Numbered from the stretch's first letter, positions 30,204-39,755 are shown. The stretch: DNA of 64,000 bases from an uncultured delta proteobacterium (GCA_963843145.1 CAWJJC010000028.1:416001-480000); one strand, 5' to 3'. A program made the numbers and translations. The notes: generated from the sequence alone by a model not told the origin.

Positions 30204-30909
30204 GATCCAACTCCAAATAGGGAATCAACTGGTTTCTCATGTCGTCGCGAAGTTTCCGGAAAAGGCTTTTCCAGCCGATGCCGAAGGTGGACAAGGTCAA
30301 GGGATCGGTGTACGGCAAGTGGACCCGGTTACCGTAGGCCGGATAAAAGGCGCACATCCGGTCGGCATCGGAGCATAGGGTGATGACCCGATCAAAGGTC
30401 AAGCCAGTAAAGAGATCCAGATGTTTGGCGGGCTGTTGGGCGGCATCGATCCCAATTTCCTTCAGGGCCTTGACGACCAAGGGACTGATTCCGGCCGGCA
30501 AAAATCCAGCGGAAAAGGCGGCCCAGCGGCCCTTAAGAAAATGATTGACCAGGGCCTCGGCCATCTGGGAACGCACCGCATTGCCGGTGCAAATGAAAAG
30601 GACTGTCTTCAGTTCGGCGGCCTGGGCGATTTTGAATTTTAGTAGTTGCCCATCCGGTACCCCGGTTCCGGTTTTATAAATCCGACAGCCGGAGGCGACG
30701 GTTCGGGCGCTTTCCGGTTCCAGATCCTGGCCATCAATGCGAATGGTCGGCGATCCGGGGAAAGCCTCTGCTTCGGCCTTGCCCGGGTCGGATACCTCCA
30801 TTTCTCTGGGGGACAGGTTCAATCCCAGGGACTGAAGTGTTTCCCGAAGGAGAACCCTGACCTTAGGCAGGTTTGGGCAGCCCGGGGTGTATAATAGTTC
30901 AAGGCGCAT
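30127..30909 (-). CDS. arsC: Thioredoxin-like (DUF2703-like) domain fused to an LMW-PTP-type arsenate reductase
   Basis: YTPGCPN...FPGSPTIRIDGQD...CRIY, then FICTGNAVRSQMAE, ITLCSDADRMC, DP; start ATG 30909. Confidence 0.8.
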   Translation of the reverse strand: MRLELLYTPGCPNLPKVRVLLRETLQSLGLNLSPREMEVSDPGKAEAEAFPGSPTIRIDGQDLEPESARTVASGCRIYKTGTGVPDGQLLKFKIAQAAELKTVLFICTGNAVRSQMAEALVNHFLKGRWAAFSAGFLPAGISPLVVKALKEIGIDAAQQPAKHLDLFTGLTFDRVITLCSDADRMCAFYPAYGNRVHLPYTDPLTLSTFGIGWKSLFRKLRDDMRNQLIPYLELDQIRNPKSTRLSSSQAETNSNDQISK

Positions 30910-31026
30910 ACGTATTCCTTCTAACGTGATCCAACTCTTTCCTCTGCCACGCCGGGCCACCCCTGGCTGATCCTTTAGACCGATACCGTCCAAATTTTCG
31001 GAAACGTACTGGGACCATTTAGCCGT

Positions 31027-32094
31027 TCAGCCGAGGTGATTCGGGCTTAGGGGTTTTGGCTCCCGTTGATTAGGGAACCGGCCTCCTGACCGCCACCAGA
31101 TTATCCCGATCATGATCAGTGCCGCGCCTCCCAGGCTGTATTCAAAAATCTGGGACAACAAGTGCATGGCAAAAGAAATAAATATCCCCTGAGAGGTCTT
31201 AATACCTTGACCGGCCAATACCGTCCCCAGGATGCCCTCGTATAACCCAAATCCGGCAATCCCGCTGACGGGCAGGCTGGCCGCAACCTCGGAAGCCATG
31301 ATCCCGAACATTATTTTCAGAAAGGGAAGGGAAGGGCTGGATTCCAATAATGCCGCCATGACGGCATATAAAAGCAGATAAATCAGGGTATATTTGATGG
31401 CCCGCAGCAGAACGGAGAGGCCCAAGAGGGGCCAGAAGAGACGGGCTCGGCGCAGCGTTAGAAAGGAACGGCTGACCGCCACAAGTTCCTCGGTGACTCT
31501 TTTTAACCAGAGATGTCTTAGCTGATAGGAAAAGGCCCTTCGCTCGATCCAGGCGGAAAGCTTTTGAAATAAGGGTTCCAGAAAGATAATCGCTGTAATT
31601 CCACCCAAGGTGATGCCTATCCCCAGAACCCATAAAAGGGGGTGAACTGCCGAACCCCTGAGCCTTTCGATGGCCAGAACGACGGCCAGTATTGGCCCCA
31701 GAGCCAGCAGATCGAAGAGGGCGGCATAGGTGAAGGATGTGAGGCAGGCGGAGAAATCCACGGCAAAGATGCGGTTCAGGATCACCAGGTAGGATAGCGA
31801 TCCGGTTCGGGCCGGAAGAAAATCCACCAGCATATTGCGTACAGCCGTAACCAGGATCAAGCGGCCGAAAGCAGGAGTCCGAGGTGTCCCCGAGCCTTGT
31901 AATAACACCTGATAGCGCCAGGTTCGCAGCAGCAGCCCGATCCCATAGAGGCCGACATACAGGAATAGCAGGTCGGTCCGGATTTGCGACAGGAGCCTGG
32001 TCCATTGGCTTAAAGAATTCTGGGAAAATATCAGCGAGAGGAGAATACCGGAAATGCCGATGGAAATAACTAAATAGAAAGCCTTTTTCCCCAT
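31027..32094 (-). CDS. Lysylphosphatidylglycerol synthase TM-domain (UPF0104, flippase-like) protein
   Basis: LRTWRYQVLL, FLPARTG, LPVSGIAGFGLYE; many TM segments. Confidence 0.8.
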   Translation of the reverse strand: MGKKAFYLVISIGISGILLSLIFSQNSLSQWTRLLSQIRTDLLFLYVGLYGIGLLLRTWRYQVLLQGSGTPRTPAFGRLILVTAVRNMLVDFLPARTGSLSYLVILNRIFAVDFSACLTSFTYAALFDLLALGPILAVVLAIERLRGSAVHPLLWVLGIGITLGGITAIIFLEPLFQKLSAWIERRAFSYQLRHLWLKRVTEELVAVSRSFLTLRRARLFWPLLGLSVLLRAIKYTLIYLLLYAVMAALLESSPSLPFLKIMFGIMASEVAASLPVSGIAGFGLYEGILGTVLAGQGIKTSQGIFISFAMHLLSQIFEYSLGGAALIMIGIIWWRSGGRFPNQREPKPLSPNHLG

Positions 32095-32163
32095 AACTCC
32101 TCTACCTGGGCGGGATTTCAGTCATCCGCAGCGAGGGCTAAGGGAATAGGCCGGCCCATGACC

Positions 32164-32700
32164 CTACCGAGTCAGGGTTATATTAAAACGGACATACTGC
32201 GGATCCTGGTGAAGATCCATGAGGCCGGCCAGGGTTCTTTTATTAGGCCCGGAATAATTCAGGGAATATTTGGTATAGAGGCTGGTATCAGTACACCAGG
32301 CAAAATTGCGGCCCTTCACATACCCGTCACTATAGGTCCAGAATTCCGCCCGGGTTATCGACTGAGTCGAACAGCAGGAATTGGTATAGCCGATAAGGGA
32401 GGTCCCCGAGAAGGTCATGGTTCCGCTGCAGGATTGTCCCCCGCCCTGGGGAGAGGCTATATAATTCCAGTTCCCGGTCAGGTCCTTCTCCGAATAAGTG
32501 GGGGTGTTCGTTCCTCCCCCACCGATTATGGGGGCATCCCCACCAGTGGTCGTACCGGTGGAGCCTGTCGCGCTGCCTCCCCCGCCGCTGCTGCTGCCGG
32601 AACTGCAGGCTGAACTTAAAATGGCCAGGAACAATAACAATACCCCTAAGAAGTTACGAACCACCCTGGTTTTCCTTTGGCTTATTTTAGTGATCCACAT
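32164..32700 (-). CDS. Lipoprotein of unknown function (lipocalin-like GxW motif), paralog A
   Basis: Lipobox LSSA-C, Gly/Ser/Thr linker, clear similarity to 32970..33536. Confidence 0.8.
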   Translation of the reverse strand: MWITKISQRKTRVVRNFLGVLLLFLAILSSACSSGSSSGGGGSATGSTGTTTGGDAPIIGGGGTNTPTYSEKDLTGNWNYIASPQGGGQSCSGTMTFSGTSLIGYTNSCCSTQSITRAEFWTYSDGYVKGRNFAWCTDTSLYTKYSLNYSGPNKRTLAGLMDLHQDPQYVRFNITLTR

Positions 32701-32919
32701 TAAAACAACGGAAATAGTTTTTCAAGCCCAAGTTTGTTGTTCCTGATATTTATTTGGAACAGCCGGTCATGACCCAATCGTTGAAAAAAAACAGACAATT
32801 CGCCCCCTTGGGCGGGTATTTTCCGGATCAGGTCTGCCGAGAGGTCTCGGCGAAAGGATTTTCCAGGGGCGAACAACCCATCCAATTAAAAGAATTTCGG
32901 AAAATCTATTGATTGGCTT

Positions 32920-32946
32920 TAAAGAATTCGTTAAAATCCCCGATAA
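32920..32946 (+). promoter_or_regulatory. Putative sigma-28 promoter
   Basis: TAAA-N15-CCCGATAA versus consensus TAAA-N15-GCCGATAA; AGGAG at 32955, ATG at 32970. Confidence 0.6.
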
Positions 32947-32969
32947 AAATTTTTAGGAGATCGGAAGCC

Positions 32970-33536
32970 ATGAAAAGGTTATGGTGGTGGGTTGGTATCT
33001 TGACTTGTCTCACCCTTTCCTGCAGCAGCAGCGGGAGCGGCAGCGGGGGGGGGGGTAATATTATGGGCAATAGTATTACCTATAAAAAGGAGGACTTGGC
33101 GGGGAGCTGGAATTACTCGGCGAGACAGCAAGGAGGGCCGAACAACTGCAGCGGAACGATGACCTTTGACCAGAATATCCATCTGACGGGAATCAGCAAC
33201 AGTTGCTGCCCTGGGGGGCAGCAACTCAATCGATCGGAATTTTGGTTTTGGGATTACGGTTATGTCAAAGCGTATAATTACGCCTGGTGCACTAATCCGG
33301 ATATGCTCATGAAATATTCCATGAACTTCCAGGGGTCGGACAAAAGGACCATCGCCGGGTTGCTGGATGTCCATGAAAGCGTAGGGGACAATTACACCCG
33401 GTTTGATATCACCATGACCAGCCAGGCACCAAGACCAGTAACTCCTCTCCCGATCGATCCGGGAACGAGTCCCGCCCTGCAAGGCAAAAGGCCTGTCAGG
33501 ACAGCAGGTCTATCGATGGTCCCTCCGAAAAAGTAG
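32970..33536 (+). CDS. Lipoprotein of unknown function, paralog B
   Basis: Lipobox LTLS-C, Gly/Ser linker, DLAGSWNY, CSGTMTF, NSCC, AWC. Confidence 0.82.
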   Translation: MKRLWWWVGILTCLTLSCSSSGSGSGGGGNIMGNSITYKKEDLAGSWNYSARQQGGPNNCSGTMTFDQNIHLTGISNSCCPGGQQLNRSEFWFWDYGYVKAYNYAWCTNPDMLMKYSMNFQGSDKRTIAGLLDVHESVGDNYTRFDITMTSQAPRPVTPLPIDPGTSPALQGKRPVRTAGLSMVPPKK

Positions 33537-33542
33537 TGGAAG

Positions 33543-33866
33543 TCAGGCCGGAACTACCCCGTAGGTGCGGGGTTTTTCCTTCCTGAAGGCTGCCACGGTA
33601 AAATTCCTAAACCAGATCATCGAATCCGCTTTGCTCCAGAGGCAGGGGTGCCCTTTTAAGGGGGTGTCCGTCTTATAGGTCAAAATCGGATCTTCATCCA
33701 GATACCCCGTTATGGTCCGGTCGTTTATTTTCACCTCCAAGGCCTACCGGCGATCGGACTCGATTTTCTTGGGACTCGCCGCCCGTTGAATGCGCCGGTG
33801 ATTGTCATATTCAAAAAGAACCAATTTGTCCTCCAGGGCGTTCAGACGCCAGGCAACATAATTCCG
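33543..33866 (-). pseudogene. Remnant of a ConA-like/DUF1080-type beta-sandwich domain
   Basis: NYVAWRLNALEDKLVLFEY...DRR*ALEVKI...GYLD...CLWSKADS; in-frame TAG at 33744-33746 and no 5' portion. Confidence 0.6.
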
Positions 33867-33892
33867 GGATGATCAGAATGTTTTTAACCGAT

Positions 33893-35227
33893 TTAAATCG
33901 GCCCCAACAGTTTTACCAAAAGTCCTAGGACCCCGGCCGAAATTAGTGCCGTGATCATCCCCACCCTGAGCCACTGCAGGGCGGCGAAGGAAGTAAAGCC
34001 TATAACTATCCCCAACCAATTTACTTCACCGGCTGCCGGAAAGAGGACCTGGATTCCGAACCAGACGGCCAGATTGAGAACCACCCCGAAGACCGCGGCG
34101 GTGATGGCCGAGAGGGCGGCGGTCAATTTTTTATTTCTTCTGAATTTCTCAATATAGGGGCCCCCCAGCATAATAAATAAGAAAGAGGGGAGAAAGGTAA
34201 AGTAAGTGGCGGTGAGGGAGCCGATAAGTCCGGCCCAGATTGGATTTAATGCTCCCGGATGATTCCTGCCAGCCATAAAGCCCACAAACTGGACCACCAT
34301 GATTAACGGGCCGGGAGTGGTTTCGGCTAACCCCAATCCATCAAGCATCTGGGGACCGGTCAGCCAGGCGAATTGCTCCACTCCGGCCTGGGCGATATAG
34401 GCCAAGACGGCGTAGGCTCCGCCAAAGGTTAGAAAAGCGGCCTTGCTGAAGAACAATCCTTCGGTGACAAAGACCGGATTTGAAAATAAGGTCAGCCCTC
34501 CCATCGGGACAATCCAGAGCGACAGAAAAACTAGAATTAGAATAATATTCCTTTTCATGGAGGGTTCGATATGGCAGGGGAGGTCTAGGTCACAGTATTG
34601 GACATAAGCATCCTCAGAATCACCGTCCTTCTCCTTGATGGTCTCGAATTTCCTGGGAAGGAATATTCCTCCCAGGAGCCCTATCAATCCGGCGCTGAGG
34701 ATGATTAGTGGAAAGGGAACTTTGAAAAAGAAAATCGCTACAAAGGACAGGACCCCCATGGCTATCATCACTTCATTCTTTAAGGCCTTTTGGGCAATTT
34801 TAATGACGGCGGCAGCCACAATGGCCAGGACGGCCGGTTTAAGACCGCTGAAAACCGCGGCAATCCAGGGGATATTCCCATAGACGGCATAAACCAGGCT
34901 GAGGCCGAAAAGGATAAAAATAGAGGGGATAACAAAGAAACACCCCGCCGCCACCCCTCCCGGAATTTTATGGAGTAGCCAGCCGATATAGATGGCCAAC
35001 TGCTTCGCTTCGGGGCCCGGCAGGAGCATGCAGTAGTTAAGGGCTTGGAGGAACCGGGTGTTGGAAATCCATTTCCGTTTTTCTACCAGTTCCTGGTGCA
35101 TGATGGCGATTTGCCCGGTTGGTCCGCCGAAACTGATGAATCCCAGTTTTAGCCAGAATTTGAAAGCCTCTAAAAAGGAAGGGTGTGGCGTTCTTCCGTT
35201 CATCTGAGGATAACTGGGATTTGCCAA
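33893..35227 (-). CDS. chrA: Chromate efflux transporter (long-chain CHR family)
   Basis: LGFISFGGPTGQIA, LPGPEA, TFGGAYAV, ETTPGP. Confidence 0.95.
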   Translation of the reverse strand: MANPSYPQMNGRTPHPSFLEAFKFWLKLGFISFGGPTGQIAIMHQELVEKRKWISNTRFLQALNYCMLLPGPEAKQLAIYIGWLLHKIPGGVAAGCFFVIPSIFILFGLSLVYAVYGNIPWIAAVFSGLKPAVLAIVAAAVIKIAQKALKNEVMIAMGVLSFVAIFFFKVPFPLIILSAGLIGLLGGIFLPRKFETIKEKDGDSEDAYVQYCDLDLPCHIEPSMKRNIILILVFLSLWIVPMGGLTLFSNPVFVTEGLFFSKAAFLTFGGAYAVLAYIAQAGVEQFAWLTGPQMLDGLGLAETTPGPLIMVVQFVGFMAGRNHPGALNPIWAGLIGSLTATYFTFLPSFLFIMLGGPYIEKFRRNKKLTAALSAITAAVFGVVLNLAVWFGIQVLFPAAGEVNWLGIVIGFTSFAALQWLRVGMITALISAGVLGLLVKLLGPI

Positions 35228-35238
35228 GGGGATAGCTC

Positions 35239-35907
35239 CTATTTCTCGGTATTTTCAAGGACCAGGATATCCTGTCCCCAAATCGCAAAACCAACCGTGC
35301 CGATGATCCCAAAGATGAAGGCCGTGATGAAGTTCGTCTCCGGGCTGATTTGCCATAGAAACGCGCCTCCCAGGGCGGCGGCGGATACAAAGACGTCCCG
35401 GATCAGGTAATAGAGCCCGAACATGCCCGCCTGGCAGCTTTTGGGGGAGAGATCCATGATCAGGGACTTGCGGGTGGGCTCGCCGAATTCCTTGAGACCT
35501 CGGAGGATAAAAGCCAGGACCAGCCATTCGAAGGAGCGGCTATAAAGTAAGACCAAGGGGAAGAAAGTGAAAAACACAAAGGTCGTGAGAACAAAAGGCT
35601 TCTTGTGGCTCCGATCCGCCCAGTAGGCCACCGGGATATAGACCAATACCGCCGTGGCCATCTCGATCGTCGTCAGGAGGCCGAATTGAAGGGCCGACAC
35701 CGGATCGGCGATGGTTTTCAGGCACCAGACCACTACGAAGGCGTAGGGGATCTGCTCGCAGAAGCGGATCAGGATATCGGTAACCAGGAGCCCCTTCATG
35801 GACGGGTTCATCAGCCGCAGTAGTCTCAGCGGATTTTTTTCCGGGGAAAGTGCGCAGGCCTCCCCCGAGGATTTCGTGGCGGACCTGTCGTCGGCGAGCA
35901 GCCGTTG
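35239..35907 (-). pseudogene. C-terminal half of an MFS transporter
   Basis: Only about 6 TMs (YWADRSHKKP, KEFGEPTRK); the frame extends upstream as QRLLADDRS...EKNPLRLLRL into the chrB tail without a start codon. Confidence 0.75.
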
Positions 35908-36869
35908 CGTCTTTGGAAATAGGTATACAAATTTTCATACATACGGATGCCCTCCTCGAGGCGCTGATCGTCGTCCGGATGAGACGAGACCAGTCCGGTC
36001 AATAAGGCTCGGAAGCCGTCCGTTTCACGTCGGTTGAATTTATCGTCCTTTAAGTCGATGTCGTGGACGATCTCGGCCAGCGGTACCAGTCCCCGGTCCC
36101 GGAGTTGGCATCGCCCGATCATTACCTCAAAAGTACACCGGTCTCCTTCGTGGGTGAATTCTCCGTCGAACAGGTCGAAACGAAGTTCCCCGGGCTGGGG
36201 GGTATAATGGGGGCCGCGGACGAACTTGAAGACCGCTTCTTGATCGATAAAGCGCCTGATCAACCAGCCGCAGGCCAGGCGATCCACAAAGAGGTTTTTC
36301 CGGGTCACCCAGGTTATTCCCTGCAGCCGGTCGACCTCCTCCCGACCGCCAGGCGCCGTCGAGGGCTCACCGGCAACTTGGGTTTCCAGGTCCAGGAGCA
36401 GGGCTTCCGCGGTTCCCCGTTCGACCGTTTGAAAGAAGTCGATGGCGAAAACCTCGTCTAATCGGCGCCGCAGCCGGGAGACCCGGGCCGGTCCCTTCAG
36501 CGTCGGATCCCTTGGGTCGTCTGGCCTGGACGCCCCGGTGTTGAGCAACTGCCGGGCCTCCCGGATAATGTTTTCGTAATCGGACCGCCGGGCGCCTTGA
36601 AAAAGGGCGATGATCTGGTCGTCAGCCAGGCCTTCCAGAAACCGCGCCTCCGAGATGGACCCCTCCCCGCCGCCCTCGACGATCTCTTTGAGTATCCAGT
36701 TCAAGTCCTCCCGTGAGTGTTCGGAATGGGGTAAGGCATAGACCGATTGTTTTACGGCCACTGCGCCCACCTGCTGTAACCGCCGCCAGATTTTCACCCG
36801 CAACGCGTTGGGTTTGGGGGGAATTTGATGCATCAGAAGCAACCACTTTTTCGGATCATTGGGGGGCAT
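35826..36869 (-). CDS. chrB: Chromate resistance regulator ChrB
   Basis: WLLL..P..LRVKIWRRL, WVTR, VDRLACGWLIRRFID, FTHEGDRCTFE, VHDIDLKD. Confidence 0.92.
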   Translation of the reverse strand: MPPNDPKKWLLLMHQIPPKPNALRVKIWRRLQQVGAVAVKQSVYALPHSEHSREDLNWILKEIVEGGGEGSISEARFLEGLADDQIIALFQGARRSDYENIIREARQLLNTGASRPDDPRDPTLKGPARVSRLRRRLDEVFAIDFFQTVERGTAEALLLDLETQVAGEPSTAPGGREEVDRLQGITWVTRKNLFVDRLACGWLIRRFIDQEAVFKFVRGPHYTPQPGELRFDLFDGEFTHEGDRCTFEVMIGRCQLRDRGLVPLAEIVHDIDLKDDKFNRRETDGFRALLTGLVSSHPDDDQRLEEGIRMYENLYTYFQRRNGCSPTTGPPRNPRGRPAHFPRKKIR

Positions 36870-36884
36870 GAGTTACTCCAAAAA

Positions 36885-36928
36885 ACAATTGTTACATATT
36901 TAATGTATCATCTGTTACAAATTGTCAA
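36885..36928 (-). promoter_or_regulatory. chrB promoter with a putative operator
   Basis: Minus strand TTGACA followed by the imperfect palindrome TGTAACAGATGATACA and a second TGTAACA. Confidence 0.5.
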
Positions 36929-36961
36929 GAGCGATTTCTATTAATTTGGTCAAAAGAGCAC

Positions 36962-36990
36962 TTTACAATATTTGAATAACAGTGTAAAAT
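36962..36990 (+). promoter_or_regulatory. Putative sigma-70 promoter of ybaB-recR
   Basis: TTTACA-17 bp-TAAAAT. Confidence 0.6.
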
Positions 36991-37034
36991 TCCTCAAAAT
37001 ATCAAACCATTTTGCAGCAGGTAGGGGAAAAATT

Positions 37035-37355
37035 ATGAAAAGTATTGGCAATATGGGTAATATCATGAACCAGGCCAAAAAAATGCAGGAGCGGTTGGCC
37101 TCCGTTCAGGAGGAGATGGCCCTCAAAACGATCGATGGGTCGGCCGGGGGCGGGATGGTGACCGTTACCGCCAATGGCCGCCAGGAGATCATTTCCTTGA
37201 AAATCGAACCGGAGGTGGTCAATCCGGAGGACATCGAGATGCTCCAGGACCTGGTTCAGGCCGCGGTGAACGATGCCTTGCGCAAATCCCAGGAGATGGT
37301 CCAACAGGAAATGTCCAAGATCACCGGGGGCCTGAAGATTCCCGGTTTGTTCTAG
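37035..37355 (+). CDS. ybaB: YbaB/EbfC nucleoid-associated protein
   Basis: QAKKMQ, GSAGGGMV, EMLQDLV.AAVNDA; directly upstream of recR. Confidence 0.96.
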   Translation: MKSIGNMGNIMNQAKKMQERLASVQEEMALKTIDGSAGGGMVTVTANGRQEIISLKIEPEVVNPEDIEMLQDLVQAAVNDALRKSQEMVQQEMSKITGGLKIPGLF

Positions 37356-37357
37356 CC

Positions 37358-37963
37358 ATGGCCTTATACCCGCCCCCCCTGGCCCGGCTGATCGCCTCCC
37401 TGACCCGCCTGCCGGGGTTGGGGGAGAAGAGCGCCACCCGCCTGGCCCTGCACTTCCTGCGCACCTCGGAGGAGGAAATCCAGGAATTGGCCCGAAGCCT
37501 GGTCCAGGTGAAGGAAAAGATCCGCACCTGCTCCATCTGTTTTAACTGGACGGAATCCGACCCCTGCCCTTTGTGTCTCCATCCGGGAAGAAGGGCCGAC
37601 CTGCTTTGCGTGGTGGAAGGTCCGGGTGACTTATTGGCCCTGGAAAAGAGCGGAGGATTCAAAGGAAAATATCATGTCCTCCAGGGGACCTTGTCGCCGA
37701 TCGACGGAATCGGCCCCCGGGAATTGCGGATTCGAGAACTCCTGGATCGACTGGAGAAAGAGTCCATCAGCGAAGTGGTTCTGGCCCTCAATCCGACCAC
37801 GGAAGGGGAGGCGACCATCTCCTATCTGACCGAACAGATCAAGGCCCGCAGACCCCAGGCGCGCCTCACCCGGATCGCCTACGGCATTCCCATGGGCGGG
37901 GACTTGAAATATATGGATAACTACACCATCAAAATGTCGCTGGAAAGCCGGAGAGAAACATAA
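37358..37963 (+). CDS. recR: Recombination mediator RecR
   Basis: LPGLGEKSA, CSIC..CPLC, CVVE, YHVLQG, EGEAT. Confidence 0.97.
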   Translation: MALYPPPLARLIASLTRLPGLGEKSATRLALHFLRTSEEEIQELARSLVQVKEKIRTCSICFNWTESDPCPLCLHPGRRADLLCVVEGPGDLLALEKSGGFKGKYHVLQGTLSPIDGIGPRELRIRELLDRLEKESISEVVLALNPTTEGEATISYLTEQIKARRPQARLTRIAYGIPMGGDLKYMDNYTIKMSLESRRET

Positions 37964-38072
37964 CCAAAACTATTTGAATTTTTGGTCCAAATCCAATATT
38001 CGACGCCTGAATTTCGAAATCGTTCACGAATCTCGACAAGATAATACAAAAATTCAACAGGTGAAAAACACT

Positions 38073-39752
38073 ATGACCAGTAGCGGATTAATGAAGGGTT
38101 CAGAAATCATCGTCGAGGTCCTGCGGGAAGAGGGGGTGGACGTGCTGTTCGGTTTTCCCGGCGGATCGGTTATCCCGCTCTACGACGCACTCTACGACTG
38201 TTCCATCCGTCATATCTTGACTCGCCATGAGCAGGGTGCGGTCCACGCGGCCGATGGCTATGCCCGGGCGACCGGCAAGGTGGGGGTCTGCATCGCCACC
38301 TCCGGACCCGGGGCCACGAATCTGGTGACCGGGCTGGCCAACGCCAACATGGATTCCGTGCCCCTGGTGGCCCTAACCGGCCAGGTGCCCACCCACATGA
38401 TCGGCAACGACAGTTTTCAGGAAGCCGATATTTACGGGATCAGCATTCCCATTACCAAGTATAATTTTTTGGTGAAGGACTTGAAGGATCTGGCCCGGAC
38501 CCTGAAAGAGGCCTTTTATATTGCCCGCACCGGGCGTCCGGGTCCGGTCCTGGTGGACCTGCCCAAGGATATCCAGGAAAACAAAATAAGGTATAAACCC
38601 GTCGGAGAGGTTCAAATTCCGAGCTACCATCCCACCTTTAAGGGGCATCCCAAGCAGATCGAGACCATGGTCCGGGCCATCCGGGAAGCACAGCGTCCGG
38701 TGGCTTATGTGGGCGGCGGGGTTATCTCCGCCGGGGCCACTGAGGAACTGGGGCGGTTTATCCGTACCTTACAGATTCCCATTACCAGCACTCTGATGGG
38801 TAAGGGAAGTTTTCCCGAAAACGATCCGCTGGCCCTGGGCATGCTGGGCATGCACGGCACCCGGTATGCCAATAACTCCGTCTACCACTCCGACCTCATC
38901 CTGGCCTTAGGGGTCCGGTTCGACGACCGGGTGGCCGGGGATGTGAAGAAATTCGCTCCCCAGGCCAAGATCGTCCACGTCGATATCGATCCGGCTGAAA
39001 TCGGCAAACGGGTGAATGTGGATATTCCCATTGTGGGCGACTTGAAAACGGTGCTGACCCAGGCCTTGGCTCTGATCAAGGCCGGGGAACGGAAAAAATG
39101 GCTGGAGCAGATCAGCGAGTGGAAACGGCTGTACCCCTTGAAATATTCTCTGGAGGGGGGCCTGAAGCCCCAATATATCCTGGAGTGTATCAACGAGATC
39201 CCGGGTCGGGACCTGATCGTGGCCACCGATGTGGGACAGCATCAGATGTGGGCCGCCCAGTTCATCAAAACCCGGAAGCCGAGGGGTTTCATTTCCTCCG
39301 GCGGCCTGGGGACCATGGGTTTCGGCTTTCCGGCGGCTATTGGCGCTCAGGTGGGCTGTCCGGAGGACACGGTTATCGTGGTCTCCGGAGACGGGAGCTT
39401 CCAGATGTGTATTCAGGAATTGGCTACCATCAGGACCTATAATATCCCGGTCAAGATTTTTATATTCAATAACGGCGTCCTGGGGATGGTTCGTCAATGG
39501 CAGGAATTGTTCTGCAACAAGCGCTACTCCCAGACCCGGTTTGAATTCAACCCCGAGTTCACCAAGGTGGCGGAGGGCTACAGTATCCCGGGGCTGATCG
39601 TCCGGACTCACGAAGAGGTTAGGCCGGCCATCGATAAGGCCCTCTCGGACCCCGGGCCCTATCTGCTTGATTTTCGCGTGGCCCCGGAGGAAAACGTCTT
39701 CCCCATGGTCCCGGCCGGTAAGGGGATTTGTGAAAATATGGAGGAGTGTTAG
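38073..39752 (+). CDS. ilvB: Acetolactate synthase large subunit
   Basis: FGFPGG, RHEQGA, GMLGMHG, RFDDRV, DVGQHQMW, GDGSF, LGMVRQWQ. Confidence 0.97.
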   Translation: MTSSGLMKGSEIIVEVLREEGVDVLFGFPGGSVIPLYDALYDCSIRHILTRHEQGAVHAADGYARATGKVGVCIATSGPGATNLVTGLANANMDSVPLVALTGQVPTHMIGNDSFQEADIYGISIPITKYNFLVKDLKDLARTLKEAFYIARTGRPGPVLVDLPKDIQENKIRYKPVGEVQIPSYHPTFKGHPKQIETMVRAIREAQRPVAYVGGGVISAGATEELGRFIRTLQIPITSTLMGKGSFPENDPLALGMLGMHGTRYANNSVYHSDLILALGVRFDDRVAGDVKKFAPQAKIVHVDIDPAEIGKRVNVDIPIVGDLKTVLTQALALIKAGERKKWLEQISEWKRLYPLKYSLEGGLKPQYILECINEIPGRDLIVATDVGQHQMWAAQFIKTRKPRGFISSGGLGTMGFGFPAAIGAQVGCPEDTVIVVSGDGSFQMCIQELATIRTYNIPVKIFIFNNGVLGMVRQWQELFCNKRYSQTRFEFNPEFTKVAEGYSIPGLIVRTHEEVRPAIDKALSDPGPYLLDFRVAPEENVFPMVPAGKGICENMEEC

Positions 39753-39755
39753 GTT

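Noticed and set aside
32700-32885. 61-aa ORF upstream of lipoprotein A
   Set aside because: No recognisable motif or RBS; lies in the divergent promoter region.
33744-33746. In-frame TAG as pyrrolysine, or TGA at 60758 as selenocysteine
   Set aside because: Neither falls at a plausible catalytic position; decay or an indel explains both.
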